Below are positions 21,025 to 32,350 of a stretch of 64,000 bases of DNA, piece by piece. Location of the stretch: the NCBI GenBank assembly GCA_963796685.1, contig CAWCMR010000011.1, positions 96,001-160,000 of the forward strand, read 5' to 3'. The first letter of the stretch is position 1. Every line of letters begins with the position of its first letter. The position numbers were made by a program, and so were the translations under genes. The notes below the pieces were generated by a model. That model ran no database searches and was not told where the DNA came from. It saw only the letters and a list, made by a program, of their open reading frames with translations. This stretch comes from an uncultured delta proteobacterium (lineage in GTDB: Bacteria; Myxococcota_A; Polyangia; Fen-1088).

Positions 21025-21897
21025 ATGTGGCCGACAGTCGTTCTTCTACTGGGCGTGGTTTTTTCCGACGCCGGCGCAACCGACGCTGGGCCGGCGGGGG
21101 TCGAGGCACCTTCCGTCCGGACCTTCGATTCGCGCTGGAGCCACGTCACCGCTCCCAAGCCGGGGCCGGCCCTATCCATCGGTCAGCCCGGCGCCGGGTG
21201 CGTGCAGGGCGCGGTGGCGCTGCCTTTGCGCGGCCCGGGTTGGATTGTCGTGCACCCCGAGCGCCATCGCGAATTCGGTCATCCCATGCTCATCGCCTAC
21301 TTGCGCAAGCTCGCGGCCCTGGCCCGCAAGGACAAGCTGGGTCTGCTGGTCGTGGGCGACCTCGGCCAGCCGCGGGGCGGGCCCGCGCCAAGCGGGCACC
21401 GCAGCCATCAAACCGGCCTCGATGTCGACATCTGGTACGGACCGTCGCTGCAGCCAATCGTTCCGGGCAAGCAGCCGACTCCCCGAGCGCCTTCCGTCGT
21501 GGACCTGCACACGGGCAAGATGCTGCGGGCGTGGAACAGCCGCGTGGAGCGGTTGATCGAGGTGGCGGCGTCCAGCCCGGGCGTGGATCGCGTCTTCGTT
21601 CACCCCGCGGTCAAGCGCGCCCTTTGCGACGACAAGGCCCTGCGCGGCCCGTGGCTTGGGCGCCTGCGACCCTGGTGGGGACACCAAGATCACTTCCACG
21701 TGCGCCTGCAATGCCCGGAGGACAGCCCTGACTGCGTCGCGTCCCATCCTCTTCCCGAGGGCGATGGTTGCGATGCGCTCAAATGGTGGTTCTCCGAGGA
21801 CGCGCGCAAGACCGCGGCCAAGCGCGGCCCACCCGGAGAGAACGCGCCCGCTATGCCGGAAAAGTGCGAGGCGGTGCTGGGAGAGAAACCTAAGTAA
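21025..21897 (+). CDS. mepA: Penicillin-insensitive murein endopeptidase
   Basis: GCVQGA, FGHP, GDLGQPRGG, GHRSHQTGLDVDIW, RPWWGHQDHFHVRL. Confidence 0.93.
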   Translation: MWPTVVLLLGVVFSDAGATDAGPAGVEAPSVRTFDSRWSHVTAPKPGPALSIGQPGAGCVQGAVALPLRGPGWIVVHPERHREFGHPMLIAYLRKLAALARKDKLGLLVVGDLGQPRGGPAPSGHRSHQTGLDVDIWYGPSLQPIVPGKQPTPRAPSVVDLHTGKMLRAWNSRVERLIEVAASSPGVDRVFVHPAVKRALCDDKALRGPWLGRLRPWWGHQDHFHVRLQCPEDSPDCVASHPLPEGDGCDALKWWFSEDARKTAAKRGPPGENAPAMPEKCEAVLGEKPK

Positions 21898-22369
21898 TCG
21901 AGCGCGCCAGCGGCACGAAGCGACCGGCGCGGACCGTGCCAGCCGCGGCGATGGCGGAATGGACGGCGGGCACGGCGAGCCCCAGCCGGCCCGACGGGGC
22001 CTCGAGCGGTAGCAGCTTCTTCTGCGCGTCGATCCCCGCGGGCGTCTTTTGCAGCACGAGCACGTCCAGCGCCAAGGGCGTGGTGTCGCCGGGCAAGGCC
22101 CAGGCGATGGTCACCTGATCCTCGCCCACCAGCACGGACACGCCAGGCGCCTGAGGCAGGGGGATGTTTGCCGGCGGCACCTCGGTTTCGCGCAGGGGCT
22201 GCCAGGTCGATACCAGGGTCGCCAGTCGCGCTTGCGCGCGGGTGCGCGTGGCGATATCGGAGCCGCCGTCGACCAGGGTGCGATAGATGGAAATCGCTTC
22301 GCCGATGCGGCCCTGGCGTGCGCACAGCTCGGCCATGGTTTCGGTTTCGTAGAGGTGATCGGTGGTCAT
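21890..22369 (-). CDS. Hypothetical protein with an N-terminal TPR-like motif
   Basis: TETMAELCARQGRIGEAISIYRTL; coupled to ribF. Confidence 0.65.
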   Translation of the reverse strand: MTTDHLYETETMAELCARQGRIGEAISIYRTLVDGGSDIATRTRAQARLATLVSTWQPLRETEVPPANIPLPQAPGVSVLVGEDQVTIAWALPGDTTPLALDVLVLQKTPAGIDAQKKLLPLEAPSGRLGLAVPAVHSAIAAAGTVRAGRFVPLARSIT

Positions 22370-23361
22370 GAGCAGATTTCCCTCGTGCGTGCGATGTCGG
22401 CCTGGATGGCCGCGACCAGCTCGTCCACGCTTGCGTAGCGGCGTTGCTCGCGCAGATGGGCCACGAAGGCCACCCGCATGCGGGCGTCGTAGAGATCGCC
22501 CGTGAAGTCGAGCAGGTGCGCCTCGATGTACAGCACCGGATCGCCCGGCTTGGTGAAGGTCGGGTTGGTGCCGATGCTGATGGCCGCGGCGAAAAGGGTC
22601 GGGTCGCCGTCGATTCGGCGTGCCCTCCCGGCATAGACGCCGGGTCTGGGCAGGATCTCACCCTCATAGGCGAGATTGATGGTTGGCACGCCCAAGGTTC
22701 GGCCACGGCCGGCGCCGCGCACCACCTTGCCGTCGATTTCGAACGGTCGTCCGAGCAGAAGGGTGGCCCCTTCCACGCGGCCCTCGAGCACGAACTCGCG
22801 GATCTTGGTCGACGAGCAGACGAGGCCATTGGCGGTGACTTGCGGAATGACCGAAACGCCGATGCCGAGGCGTCTGCCCGCGCGGGCGAGGAGGTCGGTG
22901 TTGCCGCGCCGATCTTTGCCGAAGCTGAAGTCCGCCCCGACCACCACGTGGCGCGCGCCCATGTCCATGGCCAAGACCCTTTCGACGAAGTCCTCGGCCG
23001 GCATGCTGGCGAGCTCGGCGGTGAAAGGCTCGACCAGGACGACTTCGGCGCCCGCTTCTTGCAAAAGCTCGATGCGGCGGTGAAGGGGGGTCAGCATGGG
23101 CGGCGCCAGGCTGGGGGCGAAGAAGCGCGCGGGGTGCGGGTCGAAGGTCAGGGCCACGGCCTCGCCGCCCGAGGCACGCGCGATGCGCCGGGCTTCCTCC
23201 AGCAGCGCACGGTGGCCGAGATGAACGCCGTCGAAATTGCCGATGGCCACGGCCGGGCCGCGCAGGGCTCGACCCAGCTCTTCGACCACGTGGTTGCGAC
23301 CTCGAACGGAATGCACTCTTCCGGGATACCGGGCGCCACCTCCTTCGTCAACTATCCTCAT
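22366..23361 (-). CDS. ribF: Bifunctional riboflavin kinase/FAD synthetase (start uncertain, possibly 23316)
   Basis: IGNFDGVHLGH, TFDPHP, SSTKIR, GRTLGVPTIN, IGTNPTF, EAHLLDF. Confidence 0.95.
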   Translation of the reverse strand: MRIVDEGGGARYPGRVHSVRGRNHVVEELGRALRGPAVAIGNFDGVHLGHRALLEEARRIARASGGEAVALTFDPHPARFFAPSLAPPMLTPLHRRIELLQEAGAEVVLVEPFTAELASMPAEDFVERVLAMDMGARHVVVGADFSFGKDRRGNTDLLARAGRRLGIGVSVIPQVTANGLVCSSTKIREFVLEGRVEGATLLLGRPFEIDGKVVRGAGRGRTLGVPTINLAYEGEILPRPGVYAGRARRIDGDPTLFAAAISIGTNPTFTKPGDPVLYIEAHLLDFTGDLYDARMRVAFVAHLREQRRYASVDELVAAIQADIARTREICS

Positions 23362-23399
23362 TCTCGACTTCTGTCCCGCTTTCGCATCTGATCGCGCCC

Positions 23400-24680
23400 A
23401 TGACCAGGGCTACCAAGCCGCGCGATTGGCCTTTGCTGGACCCGGCGCTCTTCGCCGGAGCGCTGCTGCTCTATGCCTTCGCCATGCCGCTTGGTCTGGC
23501 CCGCGTCGAGGGGGCGTCCCAGGTTGCGGCCGGTATCGCGCTCGACTCGAGTGCTCAGCCGGCGTTCTTGGCCCTGCTCGCCGTGCGCGTGGGGCAGTAC
23601 CTTCCGCTGGGTGACGCGCCCCTGCGCGCCAATCTGGTCTCCGGGGTGTTTTGTGCGCTGGCGGTGGCGTGGGTTGGGCGCCTGTGCTTGCACGCGTGCG
23701 CGCTGCTGCGGCCGCCGATTCATGCGCGGCAGGAGGCGCGGGACTTCGTGCACGAGCCTATTGCCGCGACCGGGGCAGCGCTCGCCGCCGCCTTTTCGCT
23801 CTCGATTTTCGATCTGGGCACCACGTCGGGAAGTGCCGCGGCGACCTTCGTCCTCTTGGTGGCGGCCCTTTTGCCCGGCTTCGCCCTCCTGCGCGACCAC
23901 GACCGTTCGGCGGCGGGATACCTGCTGGCGAGCCTGGCCGGGCTCTCGGCCGGGGTCGACCCCGTGGCAGGCCCCTTGCTCTGGCCGCCCCTGGTTGCCC
24001 TGGCGGTCTGGTCGTTGCGCAAGGGCGCGCGCTGGCCGCTCCTGGCCCCGCTGTGTTTTGTGGCCGCCTGGGGCACCTCGGCCCTTGCCTGCGTGGCCAC
24101 TAGCACCGCGCCGCTCACCTTGGCCAGGCTCGTCGCCCCTTTGGGACGGCTCGGGACAAGTGGCGCGGGCCAACCTTGGGTGGCCGCTGTCGAGCTGGCG
24201 GACGAAGTGGGGGTGGTCGGCTCGCTGCTGGCCGCCATCGGAATCGTGGTCCTGGCCTCCCGCGCGGCGGCGCTGTCGGCGTGGTTGGTCCTGACCCTGC
24301 TCACGTCCCTGCTCTTCGCGCACCTCGCCCAGCGGACGGCGATCTGGGCGCCGACGCGTGCGGCGCTGCCCTTGGCCATCGCCGTGACCTGCGTGTTCGC
24401 GTGTACGGGTCTCTTGCACGTGTCGAGCCGACTCGGAAGGGCACGGGTGGCCGCGGCCTTTGCCCTCGCGGCCATGGTGGTGCTGTCGCCTGCGCTGGAC
24501 AGCGGCCGCGGCCGGCACAGGACGGCCTCGCCCATGCGCCTGCTCGATCGCGCGCTCGAACGCGCCGAGGTGAGCTCGGTGGTGTGCCCCGGCAGCCCCG
24601 AAATGGACGGGCTCTTTCGCCTGGCCCGCGCCCAGGGCCTGCGTCCCGATTTGGTCATCGGCCGCTGCGGCGGCAAGTAG
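23400..24680 (+). CDS. Multi-pass membrane protein (DUF2723/GT-C-like)
   Basis: About 10 hydrophobic segments; LPLGDAPLRANLVSGV. Confidence 0.6.
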   Translation: MTRATKPRDWPLLDPALFAGALLLYAFAMPLGLARVEGASQVAAGIALDSSAQPAFLALLAVRVGQYLPLGDAPLRANLVSGVFCALAVAWVGRLCLHACALLRPPIHARQEARDFVHEPIAATGAALAAAFSLSIFDLGTTSGSAAATFVLLVAALLPGFALLRDHDRSAAGYLLASLAGLSAGVDPVAGPLLWPPLVALAVWSLRKGARWPLLAPLCFVAAWGTSALACVATSTAPLTLARLVAPLGRLGTSGAGQPWVAAVELADEVGVVGSLLAAIGIVVLASRAAALSAWLVLTLLTSLLFAHLAQRTAIWAPTRAALPLAIAVTCVFACTGLLHVSSRLGRARVAAAFALAAMVVLSPALDSGRGRHRTASPMRLLDRALERAEVSSVVCPGSPEMDGLFRLARAQGLRPDLVIGRCGGK

Positions 24681-24803
24681 CCGCGCCGGGCAAGGGTCGA
24701 AAGTTGCACAGATAATGGGCGCTTGACCGAGGGGGTGGGGTGCTTACCTATCCCGCTGTAACTGATTCAACGCCTTCTGACGCAAAACAAAGGGACGCAT
24801 ATC

Positions 24804-26729
<1,926 letters not shown>

Positions 26730-26853
26730 CCCATCGAGACCCACCGCGCAGCCGCAGCCCTCCAGGTTCTTGGGCGGGCGGGCTGCGCGATTTGCGAGGA
26801 GGGTCGGTTACGGTGACAGGCATTCTAGCCTGCGCTTCTGCTAGAAAGAGGCG

Positions 26854-27939
26854 ATGCTACAGACGCTTGTGCACCTTCCGTCAAAGCCGCTCTTCGTTCT
26901 GGCCCTGATCCTGGCAGTGGTCTCGGCGCTGTGGAACGCGCGTGCACGTCGGCGCGACCCCAAGACGCCACGCACGTCGACGCCGCTTTACCTGCTCGTG
27001 GGCGCGTGGCTCCTGCTCGGGCTGCGCGGCGGCTCGTGGATTCCCTCGGGCGGCATGTTCGCCCACGATTGGAAGCCCGTGCCCATCTTCTCCTACGGCG
27101 TGATGCTGGGCACATCCATGGTCGTCGGTTGGTTCCTGGCGCTCCGACTGGCCAAGCAAGACGGCATTCCAAGCGAGCAGGCGGGCGCCATCTACATGTG
27201 GACCGCGGTGTGGGCCATCGTCGGCGCGCGCGTGCTCTACGCCATCACCGAATGGCAGGAGTTTTCCAATCCCCTCGACGTCATCTTGCTGAACAAGGGA
27301 GGTCTCGTGGCCTACGGCGGCCTCATCGGCGGGTTCCTGGCCAGCTGGTACGGTTGCCACAAACGCAAGATCCACCTTCTGCGTTGGGCGGACGTGTCGG
27401 CGCCGTCGGTGGTGCTGGGAACGGCCATCACCCGCGTGGGCTGTCTTCTCTACGGTTGCGACTACGGGAAGCGCACGGCCATGCCGTGGGGAATTCGCTT
27501 CCCGCCCGAGGCGCCGGCCTGGCAGGATCACGTGGCCAACTTCGGCCTCGACAAGTCGTCGCCGCTGTCGTTTCCCGTGCATCCCACGCAGATCTACGAG
27601 TCCTTGGCCGGCTTAGCCATCTTCGCCGTGCTCATGTACCTGCGCCGGGTGCGCAAGTTCTCGGGCGAGGTCTTCGTGGCCTGGGTGGTGGGCTACGGCG
27701 TCTTGCGCTCGATCATCGAGGTCTACCGCGGCGATTCCGACCGCGGCAACGTGGGCGTCCTCTCCACCTCGCAGTTCATCGGCGCGATTTCGGTGACGGC
27801 CGCAGGCGTGTTGCTGTACGTCCTGTACAGGAAGTACAAGGCCAATCCAACCGCGCTGCGTTTGTGGGAGCAGCCGCTGCCCGAGGCCGCGGGCTCCGGC
27901 CAAGCACGGCCCACGCGGCGCAAGCGCAGGAAGGGTTGA
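26854..27939 (+). CDS. lgt: Prolipoprotein diacylglyceryl transferase
   Basis: SYGVML, GGLVAYGGLIGG, RVGCLLYGCDYG, HPTQIYE, IEVYRGD. Confidence 0.93.
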   Translation: MLQTLVHLPSKPLFVLALILAVVSALWNARARRRDPKTPRTSTPLYLLVGAWLLLGLRGGSWIPSGGMFAHDWKPVPIFSYGVMLGTSMVVGWFLALRLAKQDGIPSEQAGAIYMWTAVWAIVGARVLYAITEWQEFSNPLDVILLNKGGLVAYGGLIGGFLASWYGCHKRKIHLLRWADVSAPSVVLGTAITRVGCLLYGCDYGKRTAMPWGIRFPPEAPAWQDHVANFGLDKSSPLSFPVHPTQIYESLAGLAIFAVLMYLRRVRKFSGEVFVAWVVGYGVLRSIIEVYRGDSDRGNVGVLSTSQFIGAISVTAAGVLLYVLYRKYKANPTALRLWEQPLPEAAGSGQARPTRRKRRKG

Positions 27940-28021
27940 AATGGCCTGCCCGATCGCGCACGAGACGCCGGGGGGCCATTTGATGTATAAAGTCGCTGCC
28001 ATTTGATTTGTGGGGGAGAAG

Positions 28022-28597
28022 ATGAGTCTCAAGCGCAGCCACGCCAGCACGCGAACAGGTTCCGGTGCAGGCTCCGATTCCGGGAGCAAGCTCGGGCGAC
28101 AGGAGTTCTTCGACGAGCTCAAGAAGCACGCCCAAACGGGGCAGGTGTTCACGCCGGTCGACGTTTCCATGGCCATCGGTGCGAGCGAGGCCGCGGTGTC
28201 GCGCGCCTTGCTCGGCTTGGCCGCCGAGGGGTACTTGGAAAAGGTCGAGACGGGGAAGTACCGCTCGACGCCTTTTCAAGAGGTTCCGCAGGCCGAGTTT
28301 CTCAAGGCGCTGGCCCGCGCCTCGAAGACAGACTCAACGCGTCAGCGGGATCTCTCCGAGATTTCACGGCTCAAGCAGAACAACGACGTCATGCGGGCCA
28401 AGCTCCTCGGGGCCCTGGCCGAACGCGATCACTACCTGGCCGCGCTCAAGCGGCACGGCATCGATCCGGGGCCGCTGCCCGCGCCCGCCGCACCTGCAAC
28501 GACTCCCCTCGGGTCGGCCTCTGCTGCGACTTCTTCCGATGGCGACGGTGGGGCCCCTTCCGCGGAAGCCCCTGCGGTCGAGCAGACCTCCGGTTGA
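28022..28597 (+). CDS. Winged-helix plus coiled-coil protein
   Basis: FTPVDVSMAIGASEAAVSRALLGLAAEGYLEKVETGKY followed by a heptad-rich helix; strongly GC3-biased codons. Confidence 0.65.
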   Translation: MSLKRSHASTRTGSGAGSDSGSKLGRQEFFDELKKHAQTGQVFTPVDVSMAIGASEAAVSRALLGLAAEGYLEKVETGKYRSTPFQEVPQAEFLKALARASKTDSTRQRDLSEISRLKQNNDVMRAKLLGALAERDHYLAALKRHGIDPGPLPAPAAPATTPLGSASAATSSDGDGGAPSAEAPAVEQTSG

Positions 28598-28632
28598 CCT
28601 CCTCATCCCATTGACGTGAGCCGCGTTTCTCG

Positions 28633-29570
28633 GTGCAGTTGCGCTTTTCCATTCGCGCAAGGCCGGGCGGAGTGTCTTCCGGCCCCGGCGCACCCGTAAT
28701 CGAGTGCGTGGTCACCGTGCCTTTCGCGCACGGCGAAGCGGTCGTCGGCCGAGGCCGCGACGCGACCATCGAGCTGCCGTTCCCAGCCATTTCGAGCCGA
28801 CATGCTCGCGTCTTTCGCGACGTCGGCGGGTACCGCGTCGAGGATCTGGGGAGCGCCAACGGCACGCTGCTCGGCGGCAGGCGCCTCGTGCCCCACGTGG
28901 CGGAGGCCATCGCGGTCGGGGACGTGGTGGAGGTCGCGGGGGTCGAGTTGCGTTTCGAGGGCGAGCGGGCCGCCGAGGAGCCCGGCAATGGGTCGTTCGA
29001 TTCGAGCTGGCTTGGCCGAGGAGGGGACCTCGACGCTGGCGCGCCGGCTGGTTCACGGCCTGTTCATGGCTTGTCCGCCGGCCGAGTGTGCGCGGCTGGT
29101 CGTCGAGGCTGGCCCGGCGGTGGGGCGCGAGCTCGTGCTGCTTGCGTGCGAGCGCGAGCTCAAGGTGGGACGTGGCAAGCAGTGCGACCTGGTCATCCCC
29201 GACGACGATGTCTCGCGCGAGCACGTGGCCTTCACGCGCCGAGGCGACGGTGTCATGGTGCGCGATCTCGGGGTCGAAGAACGGCGTCGAGGTAGAGGGG
29301 CAACGGGTGGACGGCGTTCGCATTCTGCGCGACGGGGAGAGCGTGTGCATGGGGAAGACCAGACTGCGTGTGGTCGATCCGGAAGAGCGCTACCTGCGCC
29401 AGATGGAGGCGGGCGACGCGGTGGCGCCTCCCGCTCCGGCCGCCGTGTCGGCCACGCATGCGGCAGCCGCGCCCGCGCGCAGCCGTCTGCCCTTGGTCGC
29501 GGGTGCCCTTGCCGTCACGGCGCTCCTCCTCACCCTCGGACTTGTGCTAGCACTGGTGTTCGCGGTCTAA
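28633..29570 (+). CDS. Double-FHA membrane-anchored protein; two +1 frameshifts (~29000, ~29272)
   Basis: FHA1: VGRG..ISSRHA..DLGSANGT. FHA2: VGRG..VSREH..DLGSKNG, split across frames. C-terminal TM helix. Confidence 0.8.
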
Positions 29571-29591
29571 TCCGAAGTCCCATCCCAATTC

Positions 29592-30578
29592 ATGGAAGTT
29601 CGCGTTCCCCTGACTTTTCGTCCGACCTATCAACCCTTGGTGTGGGGAGGGCGGCGCATGGAGGCGTGGGGGCGGATCCTGCCCGAGGGCCCCATCGGCG
29701 AGGCCTGGGAGCTGGCCGATCATCCACGCGGCATGAGCGTGGTTGGCGAGGGGCGCTTCGCCGGCCTGACCCTGCACGAGCTGGTGGGCCGCGCCGGCGT
29801 GGCGCTGGTCGGGGACGGCTCCCGCAGCGGCGAGTTCCCCTTGATGGTGAAGCTCATCGATGCACGCCTGCGTCTCAGCGTGCAGGTTCATCCCGATGAA
29901 GCCGTGGCTCGCGCCCTCGGCGTGGGCCAGCACGGCAAGACCGAGTGTTGGGTGTTCCTGGCGGACGGTGGGGAGATCTACCAAGGCACGCGGCCGGGAA
30001 TCGAACGCGCCCAGTTCGAGCGCGCCCTGGCGGAGCACCGGGTGTCGGACACGCTCAATCACTTCCAGGCCCGTCGGGGCGATGTCTTCTTCCTGCCTGC
30101 GCGTACCGTGCACGCGCTTGGCGAAGGCTGTCTGCTTTACGAGGTCCAGCAAACCTCGGACATCACCTTTCGCGTGTACGACTGGGATCGCCTGGGTCTC
30201 GACGGGAAGCCGCGCCCGCTGCACGTGGTCGAGTCGATGGCCACCATCGATTTTGGACGCACGGGGTTTGGTCCCCACGCGGCGGAGCCGTGGCGGCCCA
30301 TCCGCGAGGACGCACCGGGGTGCGAGCAGCGAACGCTCGTGGCGTGCCCGTACTTCACCCTGCGCGAGCAGCGCGTGCGCGGGTACGTCGAACAGCCCAC
30401 CGTGGAAGCTTGCGTGGTCGTGACCTGCGTGGCCGGTCAAGGCGCGCTCTCGACCCCGGCGGGCCGGGTGGAGTTGCCTCCGATGCGGACCGTGCTCGTC
30501 CCGGCGGATGCGGGCTCGTGGCGCGTGGACGTACCCACCGGTAGCGCCGACCTGCTGGTCGCCACGCCCAAGCTCTGA
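29592..30578 (+). CDS. manA: Mannose-6-phosphate isomerase, type I
   Basis: VWGG, GEAWE, LSVQVHP, GKTECW, TVHALG, EVQQTSDITFRVYDW. Confidence 0.9.
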   Translation: MEVRVPLTFRPTYQPLVWGGRRMEAWGRILPEGPIGEAWELADHPRGMSVVGEGRFAGLTLHELVGRAGVALVGDGSRSGEFPLMVKLIDARLRLSVQVHPDEAVARALGVGQHGKTECWVFLADGGEIYQGTRPGIERAQFERALAEHRVSDTLNHFQARRGDVFFLPARTVHALGEGCLLYEVQQTSDITFRVYDWDRLGLDGKPRPLHVVESMATIDFGRTGFGPHAAEPWRPIREDAPGCEQRTLVACPYFTLREQRVRGYVEQPTVEACVVVTCVAGQGALSTPAGRVELPPMRTVLVPADAGSWRVDVPTGSADLLVATPKL

Positions 30579-30587
30579 GTAGGCCCT

Positions 30588-32186
30588 CTACCGTCGCTTG
30601 CGTGCCTTCTTGCGGGCGTTGCGCGCGTCCTTGCGCTTGCGCTTTTCCTTGGCGCGATCGATGTTGCGGGTGGGCGCCTGGAAGTGGCCGCGCTCGCGCG
30701 ACTGCATGTTCATCATGGAGGCGAGCTGGTCCATGTCCATCCCGCCCAGCATCTTCCTGGCTTGGTTGAGCTGCCCGAGTTGCTTGAAGCCGGGGATCTT
30801 GCCGAGCAGGCCTGACGACGCCCCGAGCTGCATCATCATCTGGCGCATCATCGCGAAGCGGTTGAGCAGATCGGCGACCTCGGACTCCTTGCGGCCGCAG
30901 CCGCGCGCCACGCGGGTGATGCGACTTTGATCGAAGAACGCGCTGCGCTTCTTCTTGCGCTTGCCGCTGTCGATGATCTCTTCCCAGCTGGTGATGACGA
31001 ACATCTCGGGCTGGCGCCGTTCGGCGTCGGTCATCGACGAGATGATGGAGCCGATGCGCACCAGCTCCTTGTCGTCGACCTGGATGTTGGCGTCGGCGAT
31101 GCCCGGGATCTTCTCGACCATCTCGGACAGCGGGCCCATCTTCTTCAAGATCGAGATCTGTTCGAGGAAGTCGTTCATGTCGAACTTCCCCTTGAGCATG
31201 CGCAGGGCGTCCTGCTCGGCCTTCTCCTCGTCGACGACCTCCTCGAACTGTTGCACCAGCCCGACCACGTCGCCGCGGCCGAGAATGCGGCTGGCCATGC
31301 CGTCAGGACGGAATTCCTCGAGGCGATCGAGCGACTCGCCCATCCCGACGAACTTCACCGGCTTGCCGGTCACCGCCTTCACCGACAACGCCGCGCCGCC
31401 GCGGGCGTCGCCGTCGAGCTTGGTCAGGATCACGCCATCGTAGCCCAGCCAATCGTGGAAGGTCTTGGCCGTGGCCACGGCGTCCTGGCCGATCATGGCA
31501 TCGATGACGAAGAAGATGTTGGCCGGGTTGGTGCGACGCTTGATCTCCTTGAGCTCGTTCATGAGCAGCTCGTCGATGGCGAGGCGGCCGGCGGTGTCGA
31601 AGAGGACGGTATCGCGGCCGTGCTCGGCGGCGTAGCGATGGGCCTTCTCGCAGATGAGCGGCGGGCTTCCACCCGGCTCGGCGTACACGGGCATGTTCAG
31701 CGTCTGGCCCAGGACCTGTAGTTGCTCGATGGCAGCCGGGCGGTACACGTCGGCGGCGACCAGCAGCGGCCGGCGCCCGCGCTTCTCGAGATAGCGCGCC
31801 AGCTTGCCGACGGTGGTGGTCTTGCCGCTGCCCTGCAGTCCGACCATCATGATGCCGGTCGGGCCCTTCTTGGCGAAATGGATTTCCGAATCGACCGCGC
31901 CCATCAGTTGGATCAGCTCGTCGTGGCACAGCTTGACGAAGTGGTCCTCGGGGCTGACCCGGCGGACCTTTTCTTTGCTGGTGGCGCGCACCTTGACGAT
32001 GACGCCGACGGCCTTTTCCTTCACCTGCTTGCAGAACGCCTGCACGACCTCGAACCCGACGTCCGCCTCGAGCAGCGCGGTCCGCACCTCGACCAGCGCT
32101 TCGTCCACGGTTTTGTCGTCGAGCTCGGCCAGGCCCTGGAACTTCTGCTTTGCGGACCTGAATCCCTTGGTAAGTGTCTCAAACAT
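30588..32186 (-). CDS. ffh: Signal recognition particle protein
   Basis: ALLEADV, GLQGSGKTT, DTAGRL, TKLDGDARGGAALS, Met-rich M domain. Confidence 0.98.
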   Translation of the reverse strand: MFETLTKGFRSAKQKFQGLAELDDKTVDEALVEVRTALLEADVGFEVVQAFCKQVKEKAVGVIVKVRATSKEKVRRVSPEDHFVKLCHDELIQLMGAVDSEIHFAKKGPTGIMMVGLQGSGKTTTVGKLARYLEKRGRRPLLVAADVYRPAAIEQLQVLGQTLNMPVYAEPGGSPPLICEKAHRYAAEHGRDTVLFDTAGRLAIDELLMNELKEIKRRTNPANIFFVIDAMIGQDAVATAKTFHDWLGYDGVILTKLDGDARGGAALSVKAVTGKPVKFVGMGESLDRLEEFRPDGMASRILGRGDVVGLVQQFEEVVDEEKAEQDALRMLKGKFDMNDFLEQISILKKMGPLSEMVEKIPGIADANIQVDDKELVRIGSIISSMTDAERRQPEMFVITSWEEIIDSGKRKKKRSAFFDQSRITRVARGCGRKESEVADLLNRFAMMRQMMMQLGASSGLLGKIPGFKQLGQLNQARKMLGGMDMDQLASMMNMQSRERGHFQAPTRNIDRAKEKRKRKDARNARKKARKRR

Positions 32187-32350
32187 CGGGCGCGCAATCT
32201 ACCACAGGCCAGCCCAGTCGCAGCCGGCGCGATTGTGGGGACACGATTGGGGCGGTTCCGCGCTGCCTGCGGAGCCGACGAGGCCTCGGCCGCACCGCAC
32301 GCGCAGGTCCTGGATTCACGCTTGAAGATGCGACGGCCCAGGCTACCCTG

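Noticed and set aside
24681-24803. CIRCE element or heat-shock operon at dnaK
   Set aside because: No TTAGCACTC-N9-GAGTGCTAA; no grpE, dnaJ or hrcA adjacent.
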